Assembly: GCF_001194135.2 (NCBI RefSeq)
Contig: NC_068992.1
Span: 10,669,950-10,733,949 of the forward strand
Direction of reading: 5' to 3'
DNA from: Octopus bimaculoides
Lineage: Eukaryota
Length of the DNA stretch: 64,000 bases
The notes under the pieces were generated by a model. That model was not told the DNA's origin, searched no databases, and was given only the letters and a program-made list of their open reading frames with translations. The translations under genes and the position numbers were made by a program. Each line of letters begins with the position of its first letter. Position 1 is the first letter of the stretch. Of the stretch, positions 61,564 through 64,000 are shown piece by piece.

Positions 61564-61605
61564 GTATGTATATCTATGTATGAATGCATGTATGTATGAA
61601 TGTAT
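61340..61605. repeat. (TATG)n/(TA)n compound microsatellite
   Basis: Directly visible. Confidence 0.95.
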
Positions 61606-62157
61606 TTAGTTCATTCTTTGTAGAAGCAATGAAATTACAACAATAACTGAGAATTATGTGGCTGTACCTGTTATCCTTATTGATTATTTATTTTATTGCA
61701 TGTATAATGATAATAAGAAAAGAATTTCTCTTGTTTACGTTTTACAGCACAACATAAACACATGCTCACACAAACGCACATTCACATCATTTTATGAACA
61801 ATTTTCAAATTTAATTAGTCTCAACATCAATTATATAATGAAACATAATGTATTTACTTCTCAACTAGATACTTAAAATGATGTTTACCAATATTTGAAT
61901 AATATTTTACTCTGTAGATAAAAAAGCATGATGGTGAAATTTCTCAAGGTATTTTGTGCAGAGGTGTTTCAGCAGAGAAGGATAGGAGGTGATTCTATTG
62001 GTTGAATTATATGAACTGGATCAAAACACAATGGGATTGCAGCAGAGTTTCATCTTGCACATGCACCACACATCTCTTCTGTGACAGAACTGCATAGTTG
62101 ATTCCCAGGAACATTGTAACATCTGACTGTGCATTTTATATCCTCCCCCGATTCTTT

Positions 62158-62357
62158 CGGGTCCAGTCATTTGACTGTGGCCATGCCGGAGCAACACCTC
62201 GAAAAATTTTAGTTGAATGACTTGACCAGAGTACACATTTTTTAAGCCTGGTACTTTTTCTATTGGTCTCTTTTGCCAACCCTTAAATTACAGGAACATA
62301 AACACACCAGCATTGGTTGACAAGCGGCGGTGAGGGATAAATACAGACTCACACACC

Positions 62358-62404
<47 letters not shown>

Positions 62405-62530
62405 GGTTTCTTTCAATTTCTGTCTACGAAATTCACTCACAAGTCTTTGGCTGGTTGGTAGCTATAGCAAAATAGATGTGTTCAAGGTGCCAAGCAGTGC
62501 AACTGAACTCACAGCCATATGGTTAGGAAG
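62158..62530 (-). mobile_element. SINE family A, full length (tail A1)
   Basis: cagtcatttgactgtggccatgccggagc...ttgacaagcggcggtgagggataaatacagac(TA)n...gggtttctttcaatttctgtctacgaaattcactcac...gcagtgcaactgaactc. Confidence 0.8.
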
Positions 62531-62742
62531 ACTGTAACAAGTTTTTAAGCATCGGTTATGATAGATAAATGGTCAATATCCAATATAGAACAAAAGTTTG
62601 AGTGATGAGGTAAGGTTATAAAGATGGGATAAAGGATGTGCCTGGATGTTAGTATTGGAGACATGATAGGAGCAATACATTAAGAAGTAAGAGCTTGGGA
62701 TGTCCCAGGCTGCTTGGTCAATTAATATTAACAATTTTCAAG

Positions 62743-62948
62743 GCAATGAGCTGGCAGAGTCGTTAGCATGCCGGGTGAAATGCCTAGTGGTATTTTGCCT
62801 GTCATTACGTTCTGAGTTCAATTTCCGCAAAAGTTGACTTTGACTCTCATCCTTTTCGGTTGATAAATTAAGTACCAGTTGCGTACTGGGGTCCATCTAA
62901 TCGAGTGGCCCCCTCCCCCAAAATTTCGGGCCTTATGCCTAGAGTAGA
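62743..62948 (+). mobile_element. SINE family B (tail B2), well preserved
   Basis: aaggcaatgagctggcagagtcgttagcatgccgggtgaaatgcctagtgg...gagttcaatttccgc...catccttttcggttgataaattaagtaccagttgcgtactgggg...ccttatgcctagagtagaaaagaat. Confidence 0.9.
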
Positions 62949-64000
62949 AAAGAATATTAACAATTTTCTTTTGACATGAACACAAAAAAATAAGAGAATA
63001 TTCAGAGAGTCAATGCTTACAATTTACCTGCAGATACAGGGATATATACACATAAATTTATACATACATGCATATATAATACATACATGCATAGATACAT
63101 ATATACATACATACATACATATATATGTATATATATATACACATACGCTCACACATATATATCCATATACATATATACGTACATATATACACGCACACAT
63201 ATACATGCACACACATACGTTCACATTGCAATTATGAATACATTTATGAACATATAGCAATGAATAATGTTACACATGCACCACCCCCATACACACACCC
63301 ATATTTATATAAAAATAGGTATATATGTGTCTAATATATGAACAGAAGCATGCCAATGCGTATTTGTGTGTGAATATCTACATATCACACATATAACCTC
63401 TCCACATCTATATATGTTTGTATATATATATATATATACACATACATATATATAATTTATATATNNNNNNNNNNNNNNNNNNNNNNNNNNNNNNNNNNNN
63501 NNNNNNNNNNNNNNNNNNNNNNNNNNNNNNNNNNNNNNNNNNNNNNNNNNNNNNNNNNNNNNNNNNNNNNNNNNNNNNNNNNNNNNNNNNNNNNNNNNNN
63601 NNNNNNNNNNNNNNNNNNNNNNNNNNNNNNNNNNNNNNNNNNNNNNNNNNNNNNNNNNNNNNNNNNNNNNNNNNNNNNNNNNNNNNNNNNNNNNNNNNNN
63701 NNNNNNNNNNNNNNNNNNNNNNNNNNNNNNNNNNNNNNNNNNNNNNNNNNNNNNNNNNNNNNNNNNNNNNNNNNNNNNNNNNNNNNNNNNNNNNNNNNNN
63801 NNNNNNNNNNNNNNNNNNNNNNNNNNNNAGAGTCAATGCTTACAATTTACCTGCAGATACAGGGATATATACACATAAATTTATACATACATGCATATAT
63901 AATACATACATGTATATATACACACACACACATCCACATATATATATATACATGATAATATTCAATAATATTAATTTCTCTCTTTTCTTATGATTTTTAT

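Noticed and set aside
63005-63910. About 80-bp identical repeat (AGAGTCAATGCTTACAATTTACCTGCAG...) before and after the 63465-63828 gap
   Set aside because: Most likely a collapsed or duplicated contig end; a real tandem repeat cannot be shown without reads.
2487-63993. Long ORFs rich in X, YI/CV/HT dipeptides, poly-I, poly-Y, poly-M or poly-T in the ORF track
   Set aside because: They translate N gaps or microsatellites; no coding signal.
1-64000. CRISPR array, rRNA, operon or other prokaryotic system
   Set aside because: No regularly spaced repeat-spacer units or gene-dense regions; recurring 30-60-bp motifs are dispersed SINE/LINE parts.

Overview
AT-rich eukaryotic draft-assembly DNA with many N gaps. 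The repeat families and microsatellite density look like Octopus (cephalopod) genomic DNA; this is an inference from pattern recognition, not a database hit. I find no supportable host protein-coding exon: nearly all listed ORFs are microsatellite or gap artefacts. The window is a transposon graveyard. It holds a near full-length dead mariner with TIRs and TA duplication (9346-10718) and two Helitron Rep/Hel remnants (N-terminal half on + at 18-19 kb, PIF1 helicase on - at 59.6-60.7 kb). It also holds Ty3/Gypsy gag-PR-RT and integrase remnants in divergent orientation (41.3-44.4 kb), RTE and R4/Dong-like LINE fragments, several MITE/foldbacks, and dozens of copies of at least four tRNA-headed SINE families plus an RTE-type 3' tail family. 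The most interesting signals are non-coding. One is a complete minimal type I hammerhead ribozyme fold (39057-39126). The other is a 261-bp palindrome of two divergent tRNA-like Pol III heads whose right arm runs into a truncated hammerhead core (20571-20935), suggesting a Penelope-associated, ribozyme-bearing, tRNA-headed non-autonomous element.
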